Source: the human T2T-CHM13v2.0 reference genome, Homo sapiens | Reading direction: 5' to 3' (one strand) | DNA length: 64,000 nt | Assembly: GCF_009914755.1 (NCBI RefSeq) | Contig: NC_060940.1 | Shown here: in pieces, positions 32,800 through 46,876 of the stretch | Layout of the letters: each line of letters opens with the position of its first letter | Position numbering within the stretch: position 1 is the first letter of the stretch | Program-made: the position numbers and the translations under genes | The notes under the pieces: model-generated | Databases searched by the model: none | What the model saw: only the letters and a program-made list of their open reading frames with translations | Told to the model about the DNA's origin: nothing

Positions 32800-33879
32800 C
32801 TATAATGAACAGATCATGATAGAAAAAAAAGCGTTGAAATTGGCACGTCAATGCTGTTGACAATTGAACAACTATAAAGTGCTCTAAAAAAGTTTGTTTA
32901 AACAATCTCTTGCAATTTATTTATATATTCCCGAAAGTTGCAGAAAACATTATTTGCCCATTTTTCACAGTCTTGTTTGATATGTGTCCCTAGCATTTAG
33001 TGAAACAGCTAGTACAGGTATATGCTCCATAAATATTGACTACATTCACGAATGAATGGAAATTTTTGGAAAGGCAAATCCCAATTCTGGAATAGCTCAG
33101 ATGGTTCATAGAGTCAGAATCTGTGAGTTTTCCCCGATTTATAGGCAGCTCTGCAGAGGGGTGGGGCAGATCTGGAATAAACAGAAAAGCAGCAGATGAA
33201 AAGGCCATTCTTGTTGCAATGACGCATTGGCACCATGCGATTATTTGTTTTCTCTAATACAATGTGAAAAGTGCTAATGGGATTAGCCTTTTGTGATGAA
33301 TGCTAATATGATATGAAAACAAATGCTAATATGCAATGTGAAATTGCTAACAAAGGAGAAAATTGCTAATAAAATTCAATGGACCTCAATGACAAATGCT
33401 TCATACATCTCCCTCATCTGGCCAGGGCTGTCTCATAGCACAGAAATGAAAGTGAACTGGGAAGAAATGCTAGCCTACGCGTTGCTTGGTGAGATGTGGA
33501 TTTCAGTCACTTCCTCTGAAATGACCTCTGTGTGGGTGGGGACAGGAGAGAAGGTACACGTTGGACACACACAAACATACACACACACACACACGAGCTC
33601 CAAGGGCTGAAGGCTCCAGCTAGAAGGTATCCGTACGGAAGCTACAACATGCCCCATTTCTGTTTTTGTATTAGGCCTTTGAACTTTTCCAGAATGCTCT
33701 CCTATCTTTTGCACTGATTGGCCTTACTGTAACCTGTGCAATTGGTTGGGCAGACACTTAGATTCTCAATCCCCCAAATGGAAAAGCAGCCACAGAGAGA
33801 ATGGACTTGCTTATGGCCACTAAAATAGCAGTGCCAGAACTAGATTCCACGTCTTGGGTCCTTCCCTTCCCTGCCCAAC

Positions 33880-34085
33880 TTGCCATTTCATCCTCTCCCT
33901 CCGTCTCCTCCCCTCCATTTTCCTTACTCATCTCCTTCCTCTCCATCACTCCCTTTCTTCTCTTTCTCTTCCCTTCCCCCTTTACCTTCTCCACCCCCCA
34001 TCATCCACCTCTTTCCTCTCCCTCTTCTCTTTTTTCTACTTCTCCTCTGTCTCTTTGCCATATCCTTCTCCATCTTCTCTTTCTC
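33880..34085. repeat. CT-rich low-complexity tract
   Basis: Direct reading. Confidence 0.8.
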
Positions 34086-34542
34086 CAAAACTGTTGGTTC
34101 TTGTCATTATTGTCCAAGGGTCATTGGTATACCAGCAAAAGCTAGTGATTGTGAAAAAGGACTTTGGTTGGGGAGCAGCCCACTTTGGAGTGAAAGTTAG
34201 AGTAAGAACCTGGCTCAGCTACTCACAAATTCTCTGAAGATGCATAACTTCTCTGAGCCTTGGTTTTCCCATCCGCAAAATGGGTTTTTTCAAAGGGTGG
34301 GTGTGAATGGTTAATATGACAATGTGAACTAAAATTGTGACTATTCAGAAGTGGTCATGTGTGCGGGAGAATACTGGGAGGGAATATTGAAAAGCTAGAA
34401 ATAGGTTATTAGGGTGATTTTTTTTTCTTCAACAATGTCCTTTATTAATGTTTCGTGATATTTTTATGATTTTCAACACTTTCAGGCACAATGTCTTCTT
34501 TTCCTTTTGATATTTATTAAATGGTTTATTTTAAATTATTGT

Positions 34543-34850
34543 GGCTGGGCGCGGTGGCTCACACCTGTAAATCCCAGCACTTTAGGAGGCTGAGGCGGGT
34601 GGATCATGAGGTCAGGAGTTCAAGACTAGTCTGGCCAACGTGGTGAAACCCCGTCTCTACTAAAAGTACAAAAAAATTAGCTGGTTGCAGTGGCAGGCAC
34701 CTGTAATCCCAATTACTTGGGAGGCTGAGGCGAGAGAATCACTTGAACTTGGGGGAAGGAGGTTGTAGTGAGCCGAGATGGTGCCACTGCACTCCAGCCT
34801 GGGTGACAGAGTGAGACTCCATCTCAAAAAAAAAATAAATAAAATAAAAT
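34543..34850 (+). mobile_element. AluS
   Basis: TSD aaattattgt at 34533 and 34851. Confidence 0.9.
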
Positions 34851-35600
34851 AAATTATTGTGGATCATAATTGAACATATTTATGTGGTGCATATGATATT
34901 TTGATACAGGTAAATTAATATTTTGTGACATCTCTTTAGTATCCTGAAATAAAATTCATAGATTATATAACTCACAGACACACATAATTTCATAAAAATT
35001 TAATGCTCTAATGGTATTATAAAGGAGGTGGAAGGAAAGTAATTTATATAAAATAAGTATTTTAGTATGCAAATACTTGGCCATGAACATAGAAGACATG
35101 CTGAGGTAGGTAGATGCTTGTACCTATATTGGGAATCACCATAAATGGGAGAGCCACAGAAGCCCACTGATGCGGATGTGTTTTATTGATAACTATAGTA
35201 CCATATGTGGCTTTGCCAGCAGTGGTGTTGTTTTCTGAATTGATGCGCAACAGCTCGTCAGGTTCTGAATAACAAAGTGAAATTTACAATTGAATCCCAG
35301 ACCTAGAAGTTTCGTTGTAAATTAAGACCGTGAAAAATAACTTTGTGTTTATGGGAAAAATTGAGTTTATAAGTAGGTTTTTCATCTACCTGAGTGTCCA
35401 GAATGGCATTTGAAAGTTAACTAGGATATGGGGCAATTCTGCATGGGCTGAGGTTGTCCTCTCTACCACACGGACCTGACCCTCTAAATGCCTGTAGTGA
35501 CCCCCTCCTACCATTTTGGCAACAAAAAGCAACCTCATACATTTCTAAAACGCCTCCTGGGGAGGTAGGATCTTCCCTGCTGAGACCACAGCTATATTTA

Positions 35601-35632
<32 letters not shown>
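35601..35632. repeat. (AAT)10 microsatellite
   Basis: Direct reading. Confidence 0.95.
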
Positions 35633-35633
<1 letters not shown>

Positions 35634-37262
35634 GCAACCAAAGAGAAAACCATCCTCTGCTTTGGGCAGTCTTTGACAAGCTCTCGGCTTTTTTCTCTCC
35701 CGCCTCCCTCTCTCTCGTTGAGGCTAAAAGTAAATGAGAATGGTGGCACTGATCCCACATCTAGAAAATTGAAAAAGAATTCATTTTTTTTTAATCATCA
35801 AACCTGACAGATTAGGCATGTCTCTCCTGTCACATTTCTGTCTGTCCTCAGAGTTGTTGAACGGAATCTTTCCACGGATCCATGTTATTGCTAATAGGAT
35901 TTGTCTCAGAGTAAGCATTCAGCCTCCCCTTGTTTCCTGAGACCACAGTGGACACTTTCCTCTTCTCCCTAAGCCCAACCTTCATTGTATTTCAGCTAAT
36001 AAAATAATTTCCTGCCAGATGGTGGGGGAAAACATAGCCCCTGGGAGAAATGATGTTGCTGTCATGAAAGATTGGACTGGTCATGATGCATTTGGATTAA
36101 AGCCAGCCTTTCCGAAGGTGAGATTGGCAGTTGGGTTTGCAACAGGCAGTCCCATCTGGGCAAAGTAGACACTCCAGGACATCAGATCTCGCCGGTGGCA
36201 AGTGGGATTTATTTCATGCAATGGGTCCATGTAAGTCTTTTCCCACATCAGTGTTGTGTCTGCTTCAGAGTTGGGGGGATTTTCGTAGGACTTGGAATTT
36301 CAAAGGGAAAACATTTGGCTCAAGTTAGAATTTAAGGTTCTTCGGGAAAAAAAATTTCTATTCAGTCCTGTGATCCCAGCCCCAGCCTGGAGGAGGCAGA
36401 ACCCTTCATTCCAAGCCATTTTCCTGAATTATATTATCTTCTAAGTTTCTTTCAATTCCTTATTTGAGACTTTAGACTAGGTTTCCTGTTCTTTAGAGTC
36501 TTGAAGGAAGGTACAGTTAAGGACTATTCCTCTCTCCTCAACTTTCTCCAAAGTATTGTCTTGCAAGAGTTCCCATGATTACTTCTAACCACTTAAATGT
36601 TTATTAAAGGCAATCAATCACTTCAAAGCAAAAATCTTAGATCTCAGTGAAATGAGGTTCCTTTTGTTCCCCATGACATTCTGCTCTATTTCCTCTAGGA
36701 CTCAATGTTACACAAATCCTGCCACTCATCCTTGAACCACAACTTAATCACTCATGCAAAAATTAAGATTCGATCACTTGTGTAGAAATTAAACTGACCT
36801 TTTCCTTTACCTGTAAAATAGAGGCAATACTAGCATTTTCCCTTAGGAGAATTGTGAGGATTAAATAAGATTCAGGTGTACAATGCTCATTGCAGTGCCT
36901 GGCTAATAACAAGCCCTCAGTAAACTGTCGATCTAGCTTCATGTTAAACCTGTGCAGGAAATCTCATCTTCACTCAACTCTTGGGCTCCAAGCATCCTAG
37001 TCCAAAAGTTGCCCCAGCCAAAACTTAGGATTCTTCTCTTTTGCTTATGCTCTGTGCATCTAACTCATTGGTAAGTGCAGTGAGCTCTATCTAAAAAAAA
37101 GTCTGAGTCCATTTCTGTTTCCTGATCTCTACCACCACCAACATCCACTTTCCTCCTCCACCTTCCATTATCTTGGCTGTGGCAATTACATCCTAATTGA
37201 TCTTTCTATTTTGACTCATGGCTTTTTAAAATCCATTTTCTTCATTGCAGCTGAGTCATCTT

Positions 37263-37744
37263 AATTTTTTTTTAAATTTAAGTTCTGAATGTGCAGGTTT
37301 GTTTTTAATTTAAGTGCATTATGTGCAGGTTTGTTACATAGGTATATATGTGCCATGGTGGTTTGCTGCACCTATCAACCCATCATCTAAGTTTTAAGCC
37401 CCATATGCATTAGGTATTTGTCTCAATGTTCTCCCTCCCCTTTCCCCCCACCCCCGACAGGCCCTGGTATGTGATGTTCCCCTCCCTGTGTCCATGTGTT
37501 CTCATTGTTCAACTCCCACTTATGAGTGAGAACATGAAGTGTTTGGTTTTCTGTTCCTGTGTTAGTTTGCTGAGAATGATGGTTTCCAGCTTCGTCTGTG
37601 TCCCTGCAAAGGACATGAACTCATTCTTTTTATGGCTGCATAGTATTCCATGGTATATATGTGCCACATTTTCTTTATCCAGTCTATCATTGATGGGCAT
37701 TTGGGTTGGTTTCAAGTCTTTGCTATTATAAATAATGCTGCAAT
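37263..37744 (-). mobile_element. 5'-truncated L1PA7/8-like 3' end inside an L2
   Basis: L1PA 3' UTR and ORF2 C-terminus (KLETIILSKLTQEQKTKH); agtcatctt on both flanks. Confidence 0.88.
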
Positions 37745-37980
37745 AGTCATCTTTTAAAAATTGAACTTTTGTCACTTCTTTCTTTAAAACTACCAGCGGC
37801 TCCCCATGCCTCTTAGAAATAAATTTAGACTCTGTACCCAAATTTTCATGATTTCATGTGATCAGATCCCTGCCCATATCTACAATCTCATCTTGTGCTT
37901 TTCCTTTTCTTCATCACGTTCCTGCTACACTGCTCCTCTGTAAGAGACTCATTTCTCCCTCCAGACTTTGAACTTGGATT

Positions 37981-38559
37981 TGTGAACCCAGAATTATCTG
38001 AGACAGGTCTCAATCAATTTAGAAAGTTTATTTTGCCAAGGTTAAGGACACACTGTGACACAGCCTCTGGAGATCTTGATGACATGTGCCCAAGGTAGTC
38101 AGGATACGGGTTGTGTTCATAGATTTTAGGGAGACATGAGACATCAATCAATACATGTAAGATGCACCTTTGTTCTATCTGGAAAGGTGGGACAACTCGA
38201 AGCAGAGGTTTCCCAGTCATAGATAGACTTAAAGATTTTCTGATTGGCAATTGGTTGAAAGAGTTATTATCTAAATACAAAGGAATGTCTGGGGTACAAT
38301 AATGGGTTGTGGAGACCAAAGCTGTATCATGCAGATGAAGCTTCCAGGTAGCAGGCTTCTGGGAGAATAGATTGTAAATGTTTCTTATCAGACTTAAGGT
38401 CGGTGTTGATGTTAATGCTGGTCAGCTTTTCCTGAGTTCCAACTGGCCTTTCCATTATGGCCTGAACTAGTTTTTCAAGTTAACTTTGGATTGCCCTTGG
38501 CCAAGAGGAGGGATCTGTTCAGATGGTTGGGGGGCTTAGAATTTTATTTTTCATTTACA
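37981..38559 (-). mobile_element. MER4-family ERV1 solo LTR
   Basis: tgtgaacccag...atctgagacaggtctcaatcaatttagaaagtttattttgccaagg...tttaca. Confidence 0.8.
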
Positions 38560-38935
38560 AGTTCTTTCAGCCTAGGAGGACTTTCCTTTGGATCCTCCTG
38601 TGGCTGGTTTATTGTCATATTCTGCCTTAGCAAAATTGTTACCTCCTCAGGCCTTCTCTGCCCACCTACCTATAGTCTCATGTAGCTATAGAGTGACAGG
38701 CATCCTGCTATAGTCACTTGTAAGGTGATCATATAATTTATTATTCAACCTGGAGCACTTATAAGGGGTAAAAGGGGACTTTTACTCCAATTCAGCCAGG
38801 ATGGTGGGTTTAAAGCAGGATAGTCCTGGATGAATTGAGATGTGGTCAGCCTTCCTGTTTATCATTCACACCTTCTCTATATCACCATGCTTTATTATCT
38901 CCATAGCCCTTGTCGTTAGCTGATATTTTTATTTA

Positions 38936-39894
38936 TGTCACAGGTCAAACCCCAAAATTGGGGTTCAGTCCAGAAGACCACATGGGCTCTTGGCTTCACA
39001 CAGGAAGGAATTCAAGAGCCAGTAGATAGTTAAGTGAAAGCAAGTTTATTAAGAAAGTAAAGGCACAAAAGGACGGCTACTCCACAGGCAGAGCAGTGAT
39101 ATGGGCTGCTCAACTGAGCATACTTATGGTTATTTCTTGATTATATGCTAAACAAAGGGTGGATTATTCATGAGTTTTGTGAAAGGACTAGGGAATTCCT
39201 AGAACTGAGGGTTCCTCCCCTTTTCAGACTACTTAGGGTAACTTCTAGACATCGTCATGGCATTTGTAAGCTGTCGTAGTGCTGGTGGGAGTGTCTTTTA
39301 GCATGCTAATGCATTCTAATTCACGTATAAGCAGTGGGGACGACCAGAGGTCACTTTTGTCTCCATCTTGGATTTGGCAAGTGTTGGCTGGCTTCTTTAC
39401 TGTATGCTGTTTTATCAGCAGGGTCTTTATGACCTGTATCTTGTGATACCAGTCCTGCTGACCTCCTATCTCATCCTGTGACTAAGAATGCCTAACCTCC
39501 TGGGAATGCAGCCCAGCAGGTCTCATTCTCATTTTACCTAGCCCCTATTCAAGATGGAGTCACTCTGGTTAGAGCACCTCTGAAAAAGCAGGAAATTGCT
39601 GGAATTGAGGGTTCCTCCCCCTTTCAGACCATATAGGGTAACTTCCAGATGTTGCCGGGGCATTTGAAAACTGTCATGGCGCTGGTGGGAGTTTTCTTTG
39701 GTATGCTAATGCATTTTAATTACTGTATAATGAGCAGTGAGGATGACCAGAGGTCACTTTCATCACATTTCTTTCTTTCATCACCATCTTGGTATTGGTG
39801 GGTTTTGGCCAGCTTCTGTGGTGTATCCTGTTTTATCCGCGGGGTCCTTGTGACCTGTATCTTGTGAAACCAGTCCTACTGACCTCCTGTCTCA
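38936..39894 (-). mobile_element. Composite MER41 (ERV1) LTR with internal ~300-bp duplication
   Basis: MER41 motifs (gagggttcctcccc, gaccagaggtcactt, gccccTattcaagatggagt); TG..CA ends; 4-bp TSD ttta at 38932-38935 and 39895-39898. Confidence 0.85.
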
Positions 39895-41714
39895 TTTACA
39901 TACTTGTTATCTCTTGGCTTAATGTAAACTTTAAGAGGAGGAGGATATTGTCTCTCTGGTTCACCATTAAATCTTCATCTTCTTGAATATGTTTAGCAGG
40001 TGGTAGAGATTCTATAAGTATCTGTGGAATAAAATATGTTGAATGTCAGGTCCTTTGATTGTTGTAGGTTAGGTAGCTATGGATTAGTTTTCCTTGCTAC
40101 ACCTCTTTTGTCATTTTGAATGGTGACTCGTAAAGCCTGTCTTTCTGTGCTGATCAGGAATCATGTTCTTTTCCAGACCAGGAGATTCCAACCAAAGGTA
40201 GCTTGTGGAGCAAATAGGGCTTCTCTGAAGTTTCTTACTTCCCTTTAGTGGCCCCCTTGTTTGAATTAGGTTTGATAAGCACAAAGAAGGAAATAGTTCC
40301 AGGAGTAAGAGACACTTACTCAGCCTGCATAGAAGACGTCATAGTTTCCCAGCAGTCAGGGCCATAAAATAAGTGGTCTCCCTGCTTATGGACTGGAAAT
40401 GCCAAAAATGCAATGTTGGAAATAATACCGCAGGATCACTGAATTAATTATTGTGGGTCCTGATTGTGTAAAATCTGATTATTGTGGAGTGGGGATTGGA
40501 TTGCATGTTAATATTTAAGTCCTTTGGAAATGGCACTGAAGGAAGAACCCTCCCATACTGTTTGGTTCCTCCAGCCCATCCCCCATGAGACAGGATTTCT
40601 TGGGACCCGAACAGAAACACCTTATCACATGCAGCACAGATTGCAGGCAGGGCTTGCACTTGCACTATTTGCATTTGTATAAAGAAAGGGCCTGGTATTA
40701 TGTAACTGCATGTGGGTTCTGAGGGCTTCTAATGGGCCTCCTTTTGTACAGTCTCTTAGCAACCAATTGAAGTTTGTAAGCTGAAACAAAGAGACTGGAG
40801 TCCATCACTCCTTTAGCACATTCCTCTGAGTCTGGCCTGCCTCTAAGAGAGCCAGCCTAGTGGAGGCATACCTTTTCTTCCTTGCCAAAGCTCAGCAATC
40901 CTTGTTCAATCATTGCTTCACCTTAGGAAGGAAAGGAGTTGAGAGTTGGGGAGATAGGCTAGGGACTAGTTGTGTTGTGCTTAGAACTTCAACTTAGTCA
41001 AGTAAAGTCTTTAAGGCAACTGACCTGCACTCATTCATTCTTAAAAGAGGCAATGTTACTTGACAGTTAAGAGTGTTCTTTAGGGTCAGAAGGAATCCTG
41101 GCTCTGCCACTCAACAGCTGCATGTCCTTGGACAAATTACATTATATTTCTGGGCTTCAGTTTCTTCATTTTGTTATGCACGAACAAAAAAATGTACCCT
41201 TCTCATTGGTTCACTGAAAGTATTAAGGCACGTTATTAATGTAAACAAATATTCAGGGTTGGGGTTCCCTATGTGTCCAGTACTGTCCTTGGTGCTGAAG
41301 GCACTGAAGTAAATGTAACAGGCAAAAATTCCCTGCTCATATATGCAAGGATAACACTATGGAGGGAGATAGAAAAGCTGATGGTATTAATGACAGCATC
41401 ATGGAAGATCTCACTGAAAATGTGACCACTGAGCAAGACTTGAAACACAATCCCAAGTGAAGGCCTTAACATGGTGCACAAAGGTTGTAAATGCTAAGTA
41501 CATGTTAGCTTTTATTTAATTTATTCACTAATTAATGTCGTTATTCATCTACTTATTTATTCATCTGGCTAATTCTGAATTACTTACTCATCCACCTGTC
41601 CATTCATCCATCCACCCATTCATTCTTTCATCTGACATTACCTGAAGGATATGAATAATATTATTTCTATATTCAACATACCAAGTGCCATAATAAAGGC
41701 AGATGTAGATGAGG

Positions 41715-41950
41715 TTTAGAGCAAAATTTCTTAGCTTCAGCACTACTATCATACCTGGTCATATGATTCTTTGTGTGTGTAGGAGGGGTTGTCCTGTGAA
41801 TTATAGGATGTTGACAGCATCCCTAGCTTCTGTTCACTAGATTCCCATAGTACTCCCAAGCCGTGACAACCAAATATGTCTCCAAACATTGCCAAGTGTC
41901 CCATGGGTAGTGGGGTGGCGGCGGGGGAGGAATTGTCTTCAGTTGAGAAT
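41715..41950. mobile_element. MER20-like hAT MITE
   Basis: ggatgttgacagcatccct...gtgacaaccaaatatgtctccaaacattgcc. Confidence 0.75.
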
Positions 41951-42599
41951 CCCACATTTAGAGGAACACCTTTCTCAGGAAGGAAAATTAATCTACTGCA
42001 TTTCTCTAGAAAGGAAATGAATCTAAGACTTTAATTTCAGTAGAAATAATAGCATTTTCCAACATTTTGTTTCTTAGAGGCATATTTTCTTGTGCTGAAA
42101 AGCAGAAGGGACTTGGGGACTATTTGAAATTGAAAACAGAATCTTACCCCACAGGAACTCTTTGCATTGCCTTTGAGAATTGTGGCTCATTCAAAAAACA
42201 TCTCCAAGGCTTACCGAAGAAGTGGTTACAACAGGGAAATCTTCACTAACCTGAAGGAATGCAGGCTCATGCTTGGTGCCTTTGGAATTCTTGCCTGATT
42301 TTATTGATGACTCCACAACTACAAAGCTCAGCCCAAGATTCCTCAATGGAATAACAAACAGCAAGACTTTCTCTCTAAAGAATTCTGTTGAGAGCAGCCA
42401 CGTGACTTGATTCCTTGGAAAAAGAACCATGCCTTACAGGGTATCATGTCGAGGCCAGAGCAGCCATCTCTGCCTAAGGGCACCTTTCCAGGTCAATCTC
42501 TTCCAAGGACAGCTCCTGACTACTAGGAAGGTAACTTAACTTGCCCGGTTTCTCACTGCCCTGCATATATCTATTCCTGGAGACATCTATGGTGCAAGC

Positions 42600-43560
42600 A
42601 AGTTGTCTGGAAATCCTGCAGTGTCTTAAGCAGCTCTTGAATTTTACCATTTCCCCCCATTCCCACTGTATCTCTTCTTTCCTCCTCTCCCATCCTGGTC
42701 AATCAAGTCCCATTTGGTCAATCACGGTAGCTGAATAACTGTTCACCTCATTCCTATGGAGGGTTGCTCACTTCCACCTGTCCTCTGCACAGTAGAGTTC
42801 AGTCTTTTCACTAAACACAGACTTCAGTGCCAGCTCCGAGTCCTGGCCTGCAGGGTAATGCATGATCTGCCCTTCTCTCCAACTTCCACACCAACCGCTC
42901 TCCCTTCGTGCTCAATCTGCTTTTGTCCCCCCAGCCTCCTTAGCTCATTTACACTTTAAGACGCCAATAGGGTTATCTTATCCCCTCCCAGCACCCCCCA
43001 ACACCAGTCAAATCTTTGCTGGTAGCCCATTGTTTTGTGGCTGAGAATCCTAACAAGGCTTCCAAGTCCACCACTGTCTGGTTCTTGTCTACTGTAACAC
43101 CATCTTCCACTATCTCCCATCCCTGTGGTCCAGCTGCTGTGTCTCCTCTGCCCCTCATGTGCACAGGGCTCTTCCCACACTAGGGCCTTTGCTCATGTGA
43201 CTATCTCCACTCTAGAAGCTCTTCCCTTCCCTGCATGCTGTTTAAGCCTTCACCATGTATCAAAGCTCAGATTCAGCCTCTATTTCTCATGAAGACTTCT
43301 CTTACCTCCCTGACAAGTTCCTGTGCCCTGATTATACATTCTTATAGCATTATATTCTCTCATTCACTGCTTCCTAGTTGCAATTTTATATTTATTTACA
43401 AGCTTATTATATTATCAGCTCTCATCTATCCAGTTTCTAAGCACCTCAAGAAATGGGACCATATTTGTTATGTTACCATTTTGAACTTAGTATAAAGTGC
43501 CTGACACATAGTAGGCACTGAGTAAATATTATATAGTTGGGAAATTGAATAAATACACCC
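42600..43560 (+). mobile_element. L2 remnant
   Basis: gtgcctgacacatagtaggcactgagtaaatatt L2 3' end; upstream L2-like sequence. Confidence 0.6.
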
Positions 43561-43961
43561 CAGCACTCCTCAACTACGAAGACTTATGTTTGCAAAATTA
43601 GGCTAACGTGAGCTTTTCTGGAGCCATGGGGGAAGGGTTGAGGATGGAATAGACTAGAGAATTTGTAACTGGGGAGGTATGAGGGCAGGTCAGCATCAGG
43701 AAATTACATCACTTGACATTTTCTTACTCCCTTTTGTGTCTGTACCTTCATCTTATATTATCCAATATTACAAGCCCCTTGAATGTAGGCATAGAGCCTT
43801 TTATTTCTAAAACTACAGTGAGCACCTAGCCCACGACCTGGCATATAGTAGGTGCTTAACAAAGCTGCACTGAATGAATAGATGCCACGCATTCTAGATT
43901 TAATACAGACCTTACCATCTAAGCTGAGGTTCATTCAGGAGGGACTGGGAAAGGAATGTGA

Positions 43962-44270
<309 letters not shown>

Positions 44271-44272
44271 TC

Positions 44273-44596
44273 GTTATTTATTTATTCATTTATTTGAGAC
44301 AGGGTCTGGCTCTGTTGCCCAGGCTGGAGTGCAGTGGTGTGTTCATATCTCTCTGTACCTTCAAACGCCCGGTCTCAAATGATCCTCCCACCTCAGCCTC
44401 CCGAGTTGCTGGGAGTACAAGCGTGCACCACCGTGCCTGGCTAATTTTTAATTTTTTTTTTTTTTTTTTTTTGTAGAGACAGGGTCTTAGTATGTTGCCC
44501 AGGCTGGTCTCAAATTCCTGACCTGACCTCAAGTGATCCTCCTGCCTTAGCCTCCCAAAGTGTTGGGATTACAGGTGTGAGCCACCGTGCCCAGCC
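44273..44596 (-). mobile_element. AluJ, tandem with the previous Alu
   Basis: Reverse Alu dimer. Confidence 0.88.
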
Positions 44597-46876
44597 AAGA
44601 TGGTTATTTATTAGGAAAACATGGTACATTGAAGTTTTTCACAAAACATACGACAGAAAGAGCCTGGATAGTTTTTCTTTTTAAGCTAACATTTATCAAG
44701 AACATATTTTTTTTTTTGCCAGCCCTGTGATAAACGCATTATATGCATTATCTAGTTAATTTGTAGATGCTGCTAAATTTGCAGATGAGGAAACTGGGGC
44801 TTGGAGACATTCACTTATCAGTCTAAGGCCAGAGAATAGTGGCAAAATTAGCATTCAAACTTGGGCCTGATTTTAAAATTCATGGGCTTAGCAAGTTTGC
44901 TACAAGGACTCTTGCGCTAACTCTGGGTTCATAAATGAGTCATCCAACACCTTTTGCCTTCATGCCCTCACCCATTGGATAGATGAATCCATTCCTACTC
45001 ACATCTCAAGGCTAAATGAAAGAACGCGTGTTTGTGAACAGGCATCAGAATACATATAACTGGAAGGGGTGCCATAATTCATTTATTGTGTTCTGGCTCC
45101 CCACCAGCCTAACAGGGCCTGTTATTATGTGACCTCCCATTGCTTAAGCCTCTGATAAGACAGTAAGTCTGTATACAAGGTGACCATGAACTGCTACCTG
45201 CTTTCCAATTGCTGTTGGAAGAGCTCCTTATACCTTACGAGGCTAAGAAGATAGAAGAGGTATTTCGCTCTGGTTTTGAGCAATTTGTTCTACTCTGTGA
45301 ACTTCTGTGTCTGCTTATCCAGTTTCATGAAAATTAGATTAACGAGTACTAATTGGTGCTGACTCCGCTAGCTTAAAATGGATGGTGTCAAATGGAAGAG
45401 GAGCCCACCAGTGTGATGTTTGGATCCCAAAGCTGCTGGGAATTAAGTTTCTGCATGGATGTCGATATCATAGGTTACTTGTGGCAGCTTGCTCCAAGCT
45501 ACTTTTATGGAACACAGTGTCACCCCCACAGATCTTTGAAAGGAGGAAGGATGCTTTTTCCAAAGAGGATTTGCTTCAGATGATTTGGTCAAAATGCTCA
45601 TTCATTCGAGGAATCTTTTTTGAGCACCTATTAGATGCCAGGCTCTGTTTTGGACTCAGGGGTACCAGTGGTGAATAAAACAGGCAAAGTTCCATCCACA
45701 TTAAGCATACATTCTACCTGAGGTTGGTAGACAATAATGAAGTAAATATATAATGTCAAGCAGCATTTCCATCTGATACTTGTATATTGATTAAATATGA
45801 GATAAACACATATTTTAAAAATGCTTTGTTGAGATATAATTCATATACCATAGAATTCATCCATTGAAAATATACAAATCAGTGGGTTTTGGTATATTGA
45901 GTTGTGTAATTATCACCACAGTCAATTTTATAACATTTTCATCACTCCAAAAAGAAACTCAGCAATCTTTAGTTATCACCCTCCTATACCCCATACCCTA
46001 CCTCCAGTCCTAGACAACCACAAATCTACTTTATATATAGATTTGTCTATTCTGGACAGAGAAAATATCATCTTTTGAGAGTGAGGAGGCATGGGAGGAG
46101 ACTTTACTGTCCTCACCTCCCAGATGAGGCATTTTGGATTTAGTTTTCCTTGGAGCTCCCTCTAAGATCCAGACTTTTAATCGCTTCACAGGCTCAGTTT
46201 CTGGGGGATAGTAGGGGTGCTGGCCAGTGTCCTGATACAGATCCTCTTTTTTACCACTTTACCTTTCACCTCTAAGTCCTACTTGAGATAACAGGTGCAG
46301 AGCCAGTCAGCAACTGAGAGTAAATATGCATATATGGAAACAGAAGACACTCCAGTCAGCTGTGCAGTCACATCTCCAAGCAATAAATAAGCACATCATG
46401 TTTATAGAAGCCTCACTGTAGTCCAAATTACTGTAATCTCTTACCTGGACTGTTTTAGTAGCCTGGTCTCTGGTCTCCCCATGTTTCATCTTGCCTCTCT
46501 TTCAGCCTGTTCTTCCCAAGATACCACAATAAATGTTTCAAAGTGTGAATCTGTCCATGTCACTCTCATGCTGATGAAAATCCCACATAGTCCTCAAGGT
46601 AGTCAAGGCTTTCCTTTATAGCCCCTGAGGGCCTGCAAAACCTGATCCCTGGAAGCCTTTCCGGCATCATCTGTCACTATTCTTCCTCCAGTGTCTAAAT
46701 CACTTTTAATTCCTGCGAAGTGTCACATAATCTCTAGCCGGCCTTTGCCCTCTCTGGAACATTCTTTCCTACCTGCATTGCCTGACTAGCTTCCATATGC
46801 CCTTCAGGTCCTAGATTAGAGATGACTTCCTTTAGTGGGAGGCCTTCCTTGTTTCTTCAGGATGTGGTTAGGTACC

